This document shows, piece after piece, positions 28,680 through 42,560 of a DNA stretch of 64,000 nucleotides. The DNA is from Rhizophagus irregularis. Taxonomy: Eukaryota. The notes beneath the pieces are model-generated. The model was not told where the DNA came from and did no database searches. It saw nothing but the letters and a program-made list of their open reading frames with translations. Each line of letters opens with the position of its first letter. The stretch's first letter is position 1. Both the position numbers and the translations under genes were made by a program. The DNA lies in the NCBI RefSeq assembly GCF_026210795.1, contig NC_089429.1:5456001-5520000 (forward strand). Reading direction: 5' to 3'.

Positions 28680-30700
28680 AAGGGCATGCAAATAATTTAA
28701 AATCCAGAAAAATATAAAAACTTATTAAAAGAAAAAAATATCCTATTTGTACTTTATATTAATATATAAAAAAAAGATTTTTCCTTTAAATATATTATTC
28801 TAATAAACTACTTGTAATTTTGTAATAGAGATATTTATTTATAAACATTCCAATTATAAAGAATAATTTCTATATTGGTTATATTAGTATTTATATTAGT
28901 AATTAATTTTTTTTTTATTTATAAATATTTAAAAATACTTAAATATAAGTAGTATATTTCAGATAATTTATTTATTATGATTTTTATTTTTGATTTATTA
29001 GTATTAATTTTAGCCTTTTAACTATTACCTTAAAAATACTTATTTTTTTTTTAATATACTTATAATACTTTTATTAAAAGGATTTAATTAAAGTTAATTT
29101 ATTTACATTATTAATAATTATTATAATTTTAAAAGTTAAATTGGATTATCATATTTATAATTTATATATTATACTATATATTTAGACTTATTTTATAATA
29201 TTAATAAAAATAATACTGGTATTAGTCATTATAATAATTAAATAATGAAATTTAAATATAATTTATAAATATGTTAATATAAAATATTGTTAATTAATAC
29301 ATAATTTTTTAGTTAAAAAATAATATATAATTTAATATAAAATTTATAAAATTATAATTTTCAAATAAAATCATTTTTACAAATATTTAATTAATGTAAA
29401 TTATAACTAATTTTTAAAAAATATGATTTTAAAAATTAAATTAGATTCTCTTTTAATAAAAACAATTTTAAATTTATATTTTTACATATTTATTTCAAAG
29501 CCAATTTTAATATTTATATAAAAAAACTTTGAAAAATATTATATAAATTTATATAAAATTTTACAAAATAATAATATAAATTATAAATATAATTTTAAAT
29601 ATAAATAGTATTTATAAATGCTTAATTTTTAGTTTTTACTAATTATTTGTAATTTTAAAAAATATAATTCTGGCCAAATTTACATCTTTAAAAATTATTA
29701 AAATAAAAAATAAAAATATTATTTTATTAGCAATTTTTATTGAGTGAAAATCTGTATAAATTTAAAGTTAAAGAAAAAGTTTTAAATAATAAAATTTTAT
29801 GCAGATTTTTTAAAAAAAACCTTTGAAAGAAATTAAAGTATAAAATGCAATAATTTCTTTAATATAATTATATTAAAGAACTTTTAGCAAATTAAATTAA
29901 ATTATGATAGTAATATTATAATCTAATAGTAATATTATAATCTAGCAGTAATATTGTATAATATTATAATCTAGTAAAAATAATCTCTAGCAGTTTAATA
30001 TAGTTTTACAGTATATTATAATTTAATAGTGATGTTATAACCTAATATTATAGTCTAATATTGGTCTTATTTTCTATTTTTTAGATGACTTTACTACTTT
30101 TTAATTATTGCTTTAGTTAATTCCTACTATTTAATAATAATATTATAATTTAATAGTAATAAAAATATTATAATTTTATAATCTAATAGTAATACTTTTT
30201 CTAAATATTCCTATTTTTTATTATTAAAAAACTATTTATATTAGTTCAATTTTATGGCTTTTTATTATTAAAGTGTTTATATTATTTTATAGTTTATTTA
30301 ACTTTATAATCTTTTATCATTAAAATATTAGATTAATATTAGTATCATTTTAGTTATTTTTAATTGCCAAAGTATTTACCTGTATTTTTTTTTCTATTCT
30401 CTTTAAATTTCCAAAAAAAATGTATAGTAATCTGTAATGCAATTTTAGTTAATTTTGATTGGTACTATAATATAACTTTAGTCAATTTTTAGGGAGAAAT
30501 TCAGCTTGGCAGTTTAATAATATCAAATTAATATCATGAAGGATAGAAAACTGATAAGAAACTGGCAAAAAACTGGTAAAAAGGTAGAAATCCAGTGAGT
30601 TTTATTAGTTTGCCAGTTTTTAATTAGCTTAGGTGTTAAGTTATTGTAATTTCAGCCAGAAATTATAAAATATTATTGGCTAAAATGATTGTTAATTTAT
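28680..30700. other. Extremely AT-rich decayed repeat block, including a degenerate copy of the foldback module at 55.18-55.46 kb
   Basis: Almost no CpG. Tandem aatattataatctaatagt units at 29.9-30.06 kb. 30490-30690 aligns by eye with 55255-55450 (cagcttggc...aactggcaa...attagtt(t/c)gccagttt...). Confidence 0.5.
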
Positions 30701-31299
30701 TATACCTTGAGTTTTAAGGCATTTTTTGAATAATACAAAAATAATCATAAGAGATTAATATAGGATATACTCTATGTATATTGTTAGGAGAATCATATAA
30801 TAGTGATTTGTGATACTCTACACATATTTACCAACAATTTTATAATTAAAAATTCCATCTTCATGTGACCAGTGACATTTAAGGTCAATTAAAGGGATGT
30901 GAAAAAATGATTTTGGGAGGCAAAAAAAAATCCCTCAGATAAATATAAACATATTGTTAGAAGAATTATATAATAGTAATTCCAGAGGGCTTAATATCAG
31001 ATGATATCCAGCACAGTGTCAAGTAATCATAATTTACTGCGCCTTGAATTCTGGGTATTACTTTTCACTACTTATGTTCTAGTATTTTACTTCTCGCTTT
31101 CTGTGATTGTGAAAGATGATGCTGGGTCAATAAACTTTACTGATAGAATGGATCGTATGTGTCTTCTGTTTCTATTCTTTTTTACAGCTTATTATTCAAC
31201 CATAAACTTTATATATTCCGATGTGAGCAAAACAAATACTTTTATTAAATTAGATTATTATAAGCTATGTACAATAATGACACATAAACTACAGTAGAA

Positions 31300-32700
31300 A
31301 TTTATGCCATAAACGTTTTTCAACAAGTCATCATATGTATAATCATCAACACATAATACTTCAAACTTTGGTTTTTTCGCTTTTTTTTTTGGTTTATTAG
31401 GTGTACGGGACGGGACTCCTTACCTTAATTATTGTTACTTTACCGGGAAGGAATTTTTCTTTCTCGGCTCTTTCTATAATGCGCTTGAATCGAGAAACTG
31501 TGTAACGCAACAATTTCTGTATGTCATAAGATAAAGAAAGTGAGTGTAAAATCTTAAGTCTGAATTGTTACCAACCTTAATTTGCAACATGATGCGTGCA
31601 ATTTTAGTTAGCTTCCAAATTTCATCATACGAAGTAGGGATGTCAAACTTTCCCAATTCAAAATGATGTGTAGAATCCGACTCCTACATATATTATAAGG
31701 ACAGCACGAAGGTAGAACCACGATGATGCGAAACCAGGCATAATTAATTTATTACAAGCATTTAAAACTTGTTTTGAAAGTGCACACACACATATATATA
31801 TTATACTCCACTTTCGATAGCAATTGCTTTGACTAGGGTTCTGTGCATGTCTCTGAGTGTTTTCAAAACCTTAAGAATGTCTGAAAAATTCTTGGTGTCG
31901 TTATCTACTTTAGAGCTTGCACGCTTACATATGGAGAATTCTCGGCCATATGATATATCTTTTCCAAGATCATGTCTCTATATGTAGGAATCTGTTAGTA
32001 ATCAAACAAAAAATATGAAACTTCATAAAGTTACTATACCGTGAACATCAGTCTAGGTGAAACCCTTCAACTTTATCCGGGGCATCTGTTGCTTCACTTC
32101 GTCGATCTCGAGACCATTTCTCCACTTATATGAAAAATAATCAGTATTATCAATAATGAAAAGTACTTAGCAGTTAGGGATATAATAAAACATACAAATG
32201 TGTATCTAGAATATCGTCGAAACAAGCGAAAATGTGTCTTTTGATGAGCATATCTATGTCCCTTTCGGAGTTTTTTCGTTGCGGAATTCCTATGCCTAAC
32301 ATTTCACACCTGATTGTAAAGAAGTGAAGTATTAGAAGCTGTATGTATCCAAGCTGAAATTTAACAAATAAACTTACGTGTAACGAACCAATTCTAAGAT
32401 GTATCCCACCTCTTTATCAAGATAGTCATTCTCTTCAAGAACGAATGATAGTGTTTTATTATTTGTGGGTTCGTCATCAAACAAATCAGGTTCTTCTATG
32501 TTCATCTTCTCTAGTTCGTTTCCTCTGGTCTTCTAACAGTTGCTCCCCGACATGTTCATTCTCGTTTGAATACATCGTATATGTTTTTTCGCGACGACTA
32601 CCTGAAATCTGCATCTGTCATATGTTGATGCATGGTACATTTAAATATCAATTGAATTGATCAAAGTAAAAGCACAAAGCTTGCTTTAAATCTTTCTTCG
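31300..32700 (-). pseudogene. Degenerate intron-containing gene of an expanded fungal family, possibly with a PD-(D/E)XK-like domain
   Basis: Fragments ...ATDAPDKVEGFHLD, GREFSICKRASSKVDNDTKNFSDILKVLKTLRDMHRTL and KFDIPTSYDEIWKL, with stops and frameshifts. Confidence 0.4.
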
Positions 32701-35640
32701 AAAACACGAGACCAATCGGGATCACCTACAACTACCTAACGTCTCAAATAAAAAATAATTACTCTATGCTTCTAATGAATAGTGACTGAGGACGACACCT
32801 ATACTCACAGGGCGAAACTTGACTGAAGCTTCGACTTTATCACTAGGGAGAAGGGGCGACACCTATACTCGCAATCAGGGCGAAACTTAACGCGAGTTCC
32901 TTAAAAACGAAAAAGAGGGTTGAAGATAGAATACTTTGCTTAATTTTCAATATTTCCGCAGTCGTGACAAAACGCTTATTCCACGTTCCATTCAGTTTCT
33001 CATTTTTTTTGAACTTGAAATCAATGTTCAAGCTAACAAATTCCGATAAAATGGGTACATGGATACCCGTTGGAAGTACGACTTAAAGGACTGAAATTAC
33101 ACTAGAGTATATATAGGGAGTCGCGTCTTTTCGCTTCAGAAGTACTTACCGTCAAAACCACATGGATAGCCGGTCGCCGCTCGTTCATTCTTTTGATTTT
33201 TTGGGTAAGAACGCAAATACCGATAGATTAATAAATCACACCGTATGTGCACACTTATTCAAGTATTACGTTACACAATTTATTTTACGAAATAAAGCCC
33301 ATATGTTTATTATTTGTTTGAAGTGAAATATGCTAGAGAAGCAAATGAAATGTATGATGCTATCAAAGAGGGATTCTAGGCCATTTAATGCGAGTCCCAG
33401 CATCAAGTTATTTCTTTGCTCTATAAATAATTTCTACAGTTAATTTGTTTCTATTTATATCGCTAACTACGAGACTTTCACAGCTTCTATAAACACCAGA
33501 TCCCATCCATATCTACAAAATTTTCCACCCGCACACAGAATATTCCCCCGCAAGAGAACTTCACCAAGATTAAGTGATTTCGATCTACAACATAAATCGG
33601 GATTAGCAATTGAGGTAAAAAATAAGCAATGTAGTATACTTACCATTACTATTAATTTTCGCAACATTCTATTCTACCTAAAATTTATTGCTTAATGCAT
33701 TATAATAAAGGTAAAACAATTTTTTTTATCGCACATACGATACTGCGCAGAATTCGGCACGTGAAGATGCAAAATTGTTTGATATACTGCGCCAGACCTT
33801 TGCTGTGAAGTTGCATGTGACGAGATTCATGTGAGTAATTTCACTGCGTCCATTGTACGTACGCGTCTCGGCGAAGATCAAAATGCCGATATATAACAAG
33901 AAGAGTAATATGTCCGTTTTATTTTGGAACATCCATAGATGCGGGAAAATCGATTAACATCGTGATGATATGTTTCAAGAAGCTAGCCGAGTAATAAAAC
34001 CAACATACCTTATAAATAGTTATAATACTTTATGGAATACACTCGTTTGTTTGATTGGATGATAATATCGATGATGCAAATTATGGTAAGCTTGAATGTT
34101 TCGCTTAATTTTTCGTTTTTTTTTATTTGCACAAGGCGGATAAAAGGGTTCACTAACCGGGACATCACCTTTTCCAGGATCGATTTTGGAATATGCTTTT
34201 GGGAAATTATGTTAATGTGATCGCATCACGAAAATCTGATTAAAGCGCAATTTATTTTTTATATTATTTTTTTTTTAATTTTTATTTCTTTTTTGCGGAT
34301 ATTAGTAAATTGGGTTTACTGGATTTTAGATAATAAGATTGGTAAATTTTGATTTTGAAATTTTTTAAAAAAAATTACTATGAAATACTAAAGGTAATTT
34401 TTTAATAACATAATTTATCACCTAATTAGTTCAGTAAAAAACAGTAATTATATAGAATTATAACTTGTAGGTTAAAGCAAAAATAGGCGCTTATAAGAAG
34501 GTATTCTTGTCAGAAGGTGATGGAAATCTGACTGTATATCCTTCTGATTTCCATTTTACTATTTATGGATTTGAATTTGAAAAATCTTAAATTTTTTAAA
34601 TTTTATAATTCCAGCTAAAATTTTTCTTTTTTGCATAATTGAGTAATATTATACAATAAAGAAAATTTTAAAAATAGAGAAATGTATTATATAATATTCA
34701 AAAAAGGAAATTTTTACTATTTGTAGATATTATCTTTGATTTTAAATTGGCTTCTTAAAAATAAATTTTAAAGTTTTACTTTTAAAATTTAATTAAATAT
34801 TTTTTATAAGATTTGTTTTGATAATTTTCTAAGTAATTCTATAGATCTTACCAGCAGGATGGGTGGTCATGAAAATTATTTGTATTACAAATTCTCTCTA
34901 TAACATAAGATTTTTTTTTAAAAAAATTTTTTGGAATAAATTTTAAAATAAATGAAACTTAAATTTTTTTTTTTATTATTACTTTAATGAAATGTTATTA
35001 ATACTTCATTCTTTATTGTATAAAATTACCAATTTTTTATGAGTTTTATGATAAATTAATAATTTTTTTTTTTTAGCAAAATATTTATTAATATTTTTAT
35101 AGATTTTAGATTCTTTTATTTGACAAATAAATTTCAAATTAATTTTATTATTGTTTTTTTTTTAATAAAATAGTTCAATTTTTTTAATAAATTTTCAGTT
35201 TCTTTTATTGAATTTATTTGCAAATATAAATAAATTTTAAAATAGACTTTAAAATATTTTGATTTTTTATAAAACTTCCAATTTTCTTTTTATTTAATAT
35301 TCCTTATAAATTAATTTGTGATATAAATAAATACTAAAAATAAAAAACTTATTTCATAATTATCTTAAAATCTAGCAGTTCAAATTTTATAATTTTTTAT
35401 GTAATAAGTTATATGAAAGTTACAAATAAAAAAATCCATTAAATTCTAATTATTAGATATAAAATAATTATTTTTGATTTCAAATTGAGTTTGAATTAAA
35501 TTTAAAATAAATTGAATCTATGGAGCAGAAATTTGATTTATATAGAAGAAAATTTTAAAGTTTATATAGAATGTTGAACACAAACTATGTGAAATATAAT
35601 GATACCAATGTTATATCCTTTTACTTTTTCTATATAATAT

Positions 35641-35847
35641 ATGTATTTTTGACTGCTCTGCAAGTTTATTTAAGGCATCAAAAAGGGTTTTAAATGCTGT
35701 TTTTGACTTATATATGAAAAATTGTCTTTGCCAATCATTTTCTAAATTTTTTTAAGAACAATCAACAAAATCAATTATTCATAGGTAAAGTCAAAACTGA
35801 TATTCTTTGATGCCTTAAGTAAACTTTTAGAGCAGTCAAAAATACAT
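35641..35847. mobile_element. MITE with about 42-bp TIRs inside an AT-rich decayed block
   Basis: atgtatttttgactgctctgcaagtttatttaaggcatcaaa / tttgatgccttaagtaaacttttagagcagtcaaaaatacat. A related end fragment lies at about 12995-13066. Confidence 0.7.
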
Positions 35848-38800
35848 TTATCTACTAATTTTGAGTTTATACTATTAGTTAAAATGGCAATAATCATATG
35901 ATCCAAATTCAAACATTCCATGTTTAAATAAAAATTGCCTATATAGAATATTACTTTTATTAAACTTATAAATATAGGTTAATTTTAAAATAAAACTTTA
36001 AATTATTTCTTTTTATAATAAAATATTATTAATATTTTATTTATTTTTTTGTAAATCTATTTTTCAACTTTCTTAAATTTATAATGATTTATAAGTGAAG
36101 CTTTATTTTTTTTGTTATTTTTTTTAACTTTAAAATTTTACCTTTTCTATTCATTTTTTAATTAGTAAGATTTAGTTTTAATTTATCTTTAAATTAACTT
36201 TATAGTTATAGATATTAGTTTAAAAGTATAAATAAATATAATTTATATATAAATATAAAATAAATAAATAAATATTAATTAACATTAAAATTAATTAAAA
36301 ATTATAATTAGTTTTTACTAAGATTTTACTAGTTATTTAACTAAGATTTTTTATTTAAAAAAAACTAAAAATAGCTAATTATTAATTATTTGGCTAATTT
36401 TAAATTTTAAAATTTTTAAAATTAACTAGTTTTAAATTATATTTAGTTTAATTAATAAAACTGATTTTACTAAATTTAAATATTTCAACTGGTATAAGTT
36501 TTTATTTTTTTAATCTATTATTATTACTATTTGATTAAGATTTTGAATAAATTATAAGTTACTTGATTTATTTTTAAATTAAGATTATATAATTTTCTAG
36601 TATTCAGTCATCTAATAATTTAATTTTAATGTTTTTTTTTTATTTTATAATTTTTATTGAGAAAAAAAATTATTAAAATTGGATTACTAAATGTTAAAAT
36701 ATTTGCAAAAAATGATTTTTTGAATTTTAGTAAAAAAAAGTAATTTTAGTTAAAAGTTTATTATAATCATTAATCTATATATTAGATATTTGGATTTTTA
36801 TCTAACTTATTATTAATAACATTGGCATTTTTTTATACAGTAATTTGCAATTTAAAATGATTAATTTTAATTTAAAAATTTCTTATTTTTATAATTATAA
36901 CAATCAAACAAATTTTTATATTTCATAAAATCCAAATACTAATATAAAAATATTTTCAATATATTAGTAAACTTTACAATAAAGATGTTAAATCAGTCCT
37001 TTTAGTTTTGTTTATTCTAACCAGTTTTTGGAAAGTAATAAAAGTTTACACCTTTAGAATTTTGTATAGATTAACCCTTTCTAAAATTAAAATATTAAAT
37101 AACTGGGCAAAAAAATGCTTTTTTTCCTTAGATTCTTCTTTATTTTAAATTGATTGATTAAATTGAAACTAAATTTTACTATTTATTTGTCCTCAATCTA
37201 TCAAATTATGTTTGTTAACCTTTTATTGAGCCCATAATTTCATACAGTATTAATTTCTTGATGAGAGCATTTGAAAGTAAAAATTGTGTAAAAAGATAAA
37301 GGAAAAAATGTAAATTTGTAATCAATTAATAGAGTTATAAATTAAATATTAGGATAGTAACTACTAAAATAATAAAATTTTAATAATGTTAAAAATTTGA
37401 AGTTACAAATTTTTGGAATAGCAAAATTTTAAAACTTTCTATACTCACCTACCTTAGTCTAAATAAAAGGCTGGCACAAAAAAGAAAAAAAAGAAGAAAA
37501 GAAAAGTGTTTTTTCATAAAAACTTAAGAAGCCATATTCTTATAAAAGAAAGAAAAGAAACATTTCGTTAGAAACGTTTTTAATTAAAAACTTTGCTTTT
37601 TCTCCACCTCATAAGTCAGCGTCTTTACAAAGAATAAAAAGTTTCTTAAATAGAGTTGCATTGCTTTATCGAAAATAAACACTTAAAGGTTATAAACTAC
37701 AAAAAAAAGCAAAGAAACATTAGCAACTTATTTCTAAAAAAAATAGTTGTTCCCCTCCAATATAAAATTTCATTGTTTAGGAGTCCCGGAATTTAATTTT
37801 TATCGTTATTTTTAATCTAATTTATCTTTTGTGATAAACAAGATAGGTAAAAGATTTCTAATCATTACAATAGAAATTGTTCACATTGTTCGAGTTATTG
37901 TTTAACTTTTTTAGGAATATTGGTTAAATTAACCAGTAACTTTTTATTAACCGGTCCACGCTCTCTTCCTGGGAGTATGTGATGATATCTGTTATATCAG
38001 CGATCCCACCACTTCTGATCGTCTCGGTCTTGATCTTTTATTGAGTGATTAAATATTGCTCGTTTTTACACGATCATTAAATGTCTTTAGTGGCATAAGA
38101 CTGAAAAGACTGTGGCTCAATTCGTTAAAATTTAATAAAATAAACATTAACAAATTAACCGGTTAATTTATCATCAAATAAATAAATAAATAAATAATAA
38201 AATTGTGCATTTTTCTTGGTGGTTAATTTAACCGGCTCGACCCGACATAAATTTCCATTTGTTTACTAGTTTAATTTGTAGTAAATAATAATGTAGTAAA
38301 GGAACGAAAAGAATTTTAAACCTTTTAGGCAGGGTTTTCACTTTTTTTTGCAAGAAATATATTTCTTTTGAATTTAATTCTTCAGTTGCAATAATAAGGA
38401 AAAAAAAGATAATTATTTATCTCATATAACATGACATATTGTTTAATTAAGAATGTTTATTGTTGAAAGTAAGAATGTTTATCATAAATGTTATTAAATG
38501 CGAAGAATGATGAAGAGATTTGTTCATTTACAATGTCAGTTGAGGAGGGATTAAATCAAATATTTGTTTAACGTGTAATAACATTAAATAATCGGTCGTA
38601 TGGTTATATGATGTAATTATAGAAAAGCAAACTATAATATAAAAAGAAAGATTACTATCAAAAAAAAAAATATATATATTCATATATTCATATGTATATG
38701 TTGTATGGTAATATTGAACGTTTTAAAATGTTAAGAAACAGGTTTTTAAAGTTATGTCTTTTATATTTATTTTATTTTCTAATTTTGAAATACAAGATGT

Positions 38801-38922
38801 TATTTAACGTTAATTAGCGAGTTAATTAAAGTTAATTAACTTCCAATAATTATTACTTCAAGTATATAACATCTTGGTATTTTTGAGTTTTCCCCCAATT
38901 TGTTTCATATACAAAATAATAA

Positions 38923-39621
38923 ATGCCGAAAGCGAAACAAAAAAATTCATTGAAAACGAAACGCCAGAGAGAAAAAAAACAACCAAAAACAAAACGTCAG
39001 AGAGAAAAAAAAACCGTTTGGTGTCACTTCATTGTAGTGAAAAATCATGCTAACTCGCATCCCCATGTAAAATGTCAATACTGTTCCAAAGAATATGAAC
39101 GAGCTGTTCCTATACGAATGCAGTCTCATCTAGCATATAAATGTCCAACGGTACCGATTGATACAAAATCACAATTCAGCAATCAGAATTCTAATGATTA
39201 TATGAGCGAAAATGAGCAAAAATTTCTTGAGATTTTACTAGTTGAAGCATTTTCTACTGAAGCAAACCCTTTTTTTGTCGATAATCCACGCGTTATCGAA
39301 TTTTTTAAACGCCTTCGATCATCATTTAAGTTGCCAAGTGGAAGAGAAATGAAAATGCAAGTGGATAAATTGAATAATAGCAGTCGGATTGAATCAAGTC
39401 ATCATGAAGAACAAGAAACTAGTATCGAATCGAGTCTCCAAATTCATCAAAATGATTATTATAGTTATGACTACGCTTACAGTACTAGTAGTTATCACCA
39501 CGAAACATTAGATCCAAATTCTTTAGTTTCACCTGCTCATTTTCAACCAAATGAACAAAATGTGCAATTTAATTATAATTATATTGATCCTAATAGCTCT
39601 TTTTACAATTATGGGAAATGA
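38923..39621 (+). CDS. BED zinc-finger protein derived from a hAT transposase N-terminus
   Basis: VWCHF...HVKCQYC...MQSHLAYKC BED motif, then a hAT-like FVDNPRVIEFFKRLRSSFKLPS segment. No DDE domain; low-complexity tail. Confidence 0.8.
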   Translation: MPKAKQKNSLKTKRQREKKQPKTKRQREKKTVWCHFIVVKNHANSHPHVKCQYCSKEYERAVPIRMQSHLAYKCPTVPIDTKSQFSNQNSNDYMSENEQKFLEILLVEAFSTEANPFFVDNPRVIEFFKRLRSSFKLPSGREMKMQVDKLNNSSRIESSHHEEQETSIESSLQIHQNDYYSYDYAYSTSSYHHETLDPNSLVSPAHFQPNEQNVQFNYNYIDPNSSFYNYGK

Positions 39622-41089
39622 TTTAGATTATAATATTGTAATATTTTTTTAAGTACATATTTCATTTTTTTATTATATTTCGTTTCACTTATCAATTATT
39701 TATATACTATAATTGAAATTTTCGAATTAAGAATCAAATTTTATTTATACTCGTTTGCGCATTCATTTTACAAAATAATTATCTTCGATACGTAAATATT
39801 TTTATTCGTGAAATTTTTATTCGATGCTTCGTTGCAAAGAGAAAAAGAAAAACGTATTTATTCCTATCGCGACAACAGTTTAGTTTATCATTATGTTTAT
39901 TTAAAATGTAAAAAAAATTAAATTACTCGTTATTAAAAAATAAAATTGTTTATTTATATATTATTCGTTATCACTTTTCTTTTTTATTCGTATATAAGGT
40001 CTATTCGAGTTAATATATTTGACTTGCTTCTTGTCATATAATTTTATATAGCTATTTATTTTTGAAAATAATGTTTGATGAATGCTAATAATCTGTTATT
40101 ATTTGGGTGCTATATATATATATATATTTCTTTTCATGAATGTACTGCCTACAATCTCAGGTACGATTAAATACTCCCTATGAAAGGGGTACTCTGGCAT
40201 GAAAGAAATAGGATGATCGACATTCACTTTTTGGAAATTTTTCGGCATTTTCCGATCTGTGGGGTGAAATTGAATGAGTTGAAAGAGGGACAATAACCAA
40301 TGATAGGAGAAATGAACTGGATTATGAAAGGGAGTATTAAGGAAATAACAATCAATTAATATTCACACATTTAATAATATTTTTAAATAGTTATTTATTA
40401 TAACTATTTGCAAAATTTAAAAAACTGCATATATTATCGAAATTTAGTTTTCGAGAAAATTAAGGTAATTTTTGGATAGTTTGTATATCACGGAGACACG
40501 GACCAAAGTACCCGGGTATGATATATCACCAGATTTATTACACGTACTTTTATTATAAGCCAAAACTTTTATGAGAATCAGAATTATATATATATGCATG
40601 GTAAAATTGGATTATTTAAATAACAAAGTTAATAGAAATGTGGATTTTTTTCTAGTAAAAAAGAGAATACTATGCTTAGGAGGAGTAAATGGACCCGTTG
40701 ATATATGAAAATATTTAAAAAAATAAATAAGAAGTGTTACATAGCTACTTACATTGAATTTTACTAGTCATTATCATTAAGCTCTTTAAATATTATCTTT
40801 ACAGGAAACGGAAATCGTTAAGTCCCGGAGCGAAAAAAGATAAAATGGGGGACAGAGAAATTCACGTGAACGATCCTTTTTCATTACTAATCCAATTACA
40901 GAGACTCCATTTTTATAAAAATTTTTTATTTTTATTTTTATTTTAAAAATATAGACGATAACTGGTTATAAAATAAATAAATCGGAATTTTACTGTATAC
41001 TGGGACTTTGCGACATGTGTTATATAGCCAATCATAATTACAGATTGATATATTTCAATTTACCCCTTAAAAATTTAACATTAAAAATT

Positions 41090-42560
41090 CCACCCTCTTC
41101 CACAATTAGTGTTTTTTCGTGTGCGCGTGAATTTTCTGAATACTTTTTTGCTGATAATGGGAAACTGATGTGTCGTCATAGTATCAACTTTCATATAAAA
41201 ACACAGTTACTGCTCATATAGGTTCTAAAACACATATCCGTAATAAAAAAAAAAGAGCAACAAATAAAAAAAAGACAACCAACTATTCAAACTATTGTTG
41301 ATGCATCCGAACAAAAAAATTTATATATAATTTAGTGGATGCATTTGTAGCGGCTGATATTCCATTAGAAAAAGAAATTGGTTGCATGAACATTTTAATG
41401 AAGGAGGTTTTATTCCAAAATCAGATACTTTGCGCCATGAATATTTACCAAAATTATTTGAAATCATATTAATCAACTTAAAGAATATTTTTGTAGCAAG
41501 CGAGTTTCAATTATTATAGATGAAACCACAGATAGTAGAGCATGAAGCGTAGTAAATATACTTTTTAGCTATAATGGTACAACAAAATTGGTTCATGTTG
41601 ATTATTTAGAAAGGTGCAATTGGACAGCTAATAATTCAAATTTTAGTTCAATGGGAAATTCCTTTTGATTCACCACAACTAGTTGCATCGGATTCAGCAG
41701 CTTACATGAAAAAGTGTATTAAAACCACTAATGCCTTTGTTTAGCACACATACTAAATCTTATTGGGTTAGTGCATTTATATTTATTTATAATTAATGTA
41801 AAATAATTTACTGGCATTTAATTTTTAGAGAAGCATGGGCGTCAATCAGCTATTTTCGCGATGGCAAACTTTTGTCTATAGTAAAAGTCAAAAGATGCTT
41901 TATATCATATCTTCAACATCTAATCTAAAAAATATATTCCTTAACAAGATGGAATACCTGGTTTTGTATGGCATTTTATGTATCAACATTTGGATTATAT
42001 TCGTGGATTTTATAATTAAGAAAACAAAGAAAATTCATCAATAGTTGAAAAAATAAATTCAGATTTTACCGATCAACAATCCAATGGACGTATTGAAATC
42101 TATTTAGCATTTATTCAGGAAAATGCACAACAATTTGTGGCAGAGTTCGGTATTTCAAAAGACATGTGATGCAGCTTATAAAAAGCATGTATTACAACAT
42201 CCTGCACGCTCTTTATTTGAGCTGTTCAAGTTTTTTGATTCACGATTTTTATCATTAACAACTGCTAATCGAGACATTTATTTTTATCAAATTATTAGAG
42301 AACTAGTAAATTCATCAATATCTCTTATTCAAGAATGGTCCATTTACATTAATATCAATTTAAATCTTATTGAATTTACTGAATGAATTTTGGGATAAAG
42401 TTTCATTACAATAGCACGTGATTACATTTGGTCGCCAATCTCTTCCCGCGCGGCAGAAAGAAGTTTTCTGCATGATATAATAAAATTTTAGATGATGATA
42501 GACAAATTTAAGCCCAGAATCACTTAAATTTCTTACTATTATGTATTTTAATAACCAAAA
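41090..42560 (+). pseudogene. Decayed hAT-superfamily (CGGBP1-like) transposase
   Basis: Fragments REFSEYFFADNGKLMC, AFVAADIPLEK, IIIDETTDS, LVASDSAAYMKK, TRWNTW, AERSF and LDDDRQ, with many stops and frameshifts. Confidence 0.8.

Noticed and set aside
33480..33640. Fragment FDLQHKSGLAIEVKNKQ resembling a PD-(D/E)XK motif
   Set aside because: Too short and degenerate to support a call.
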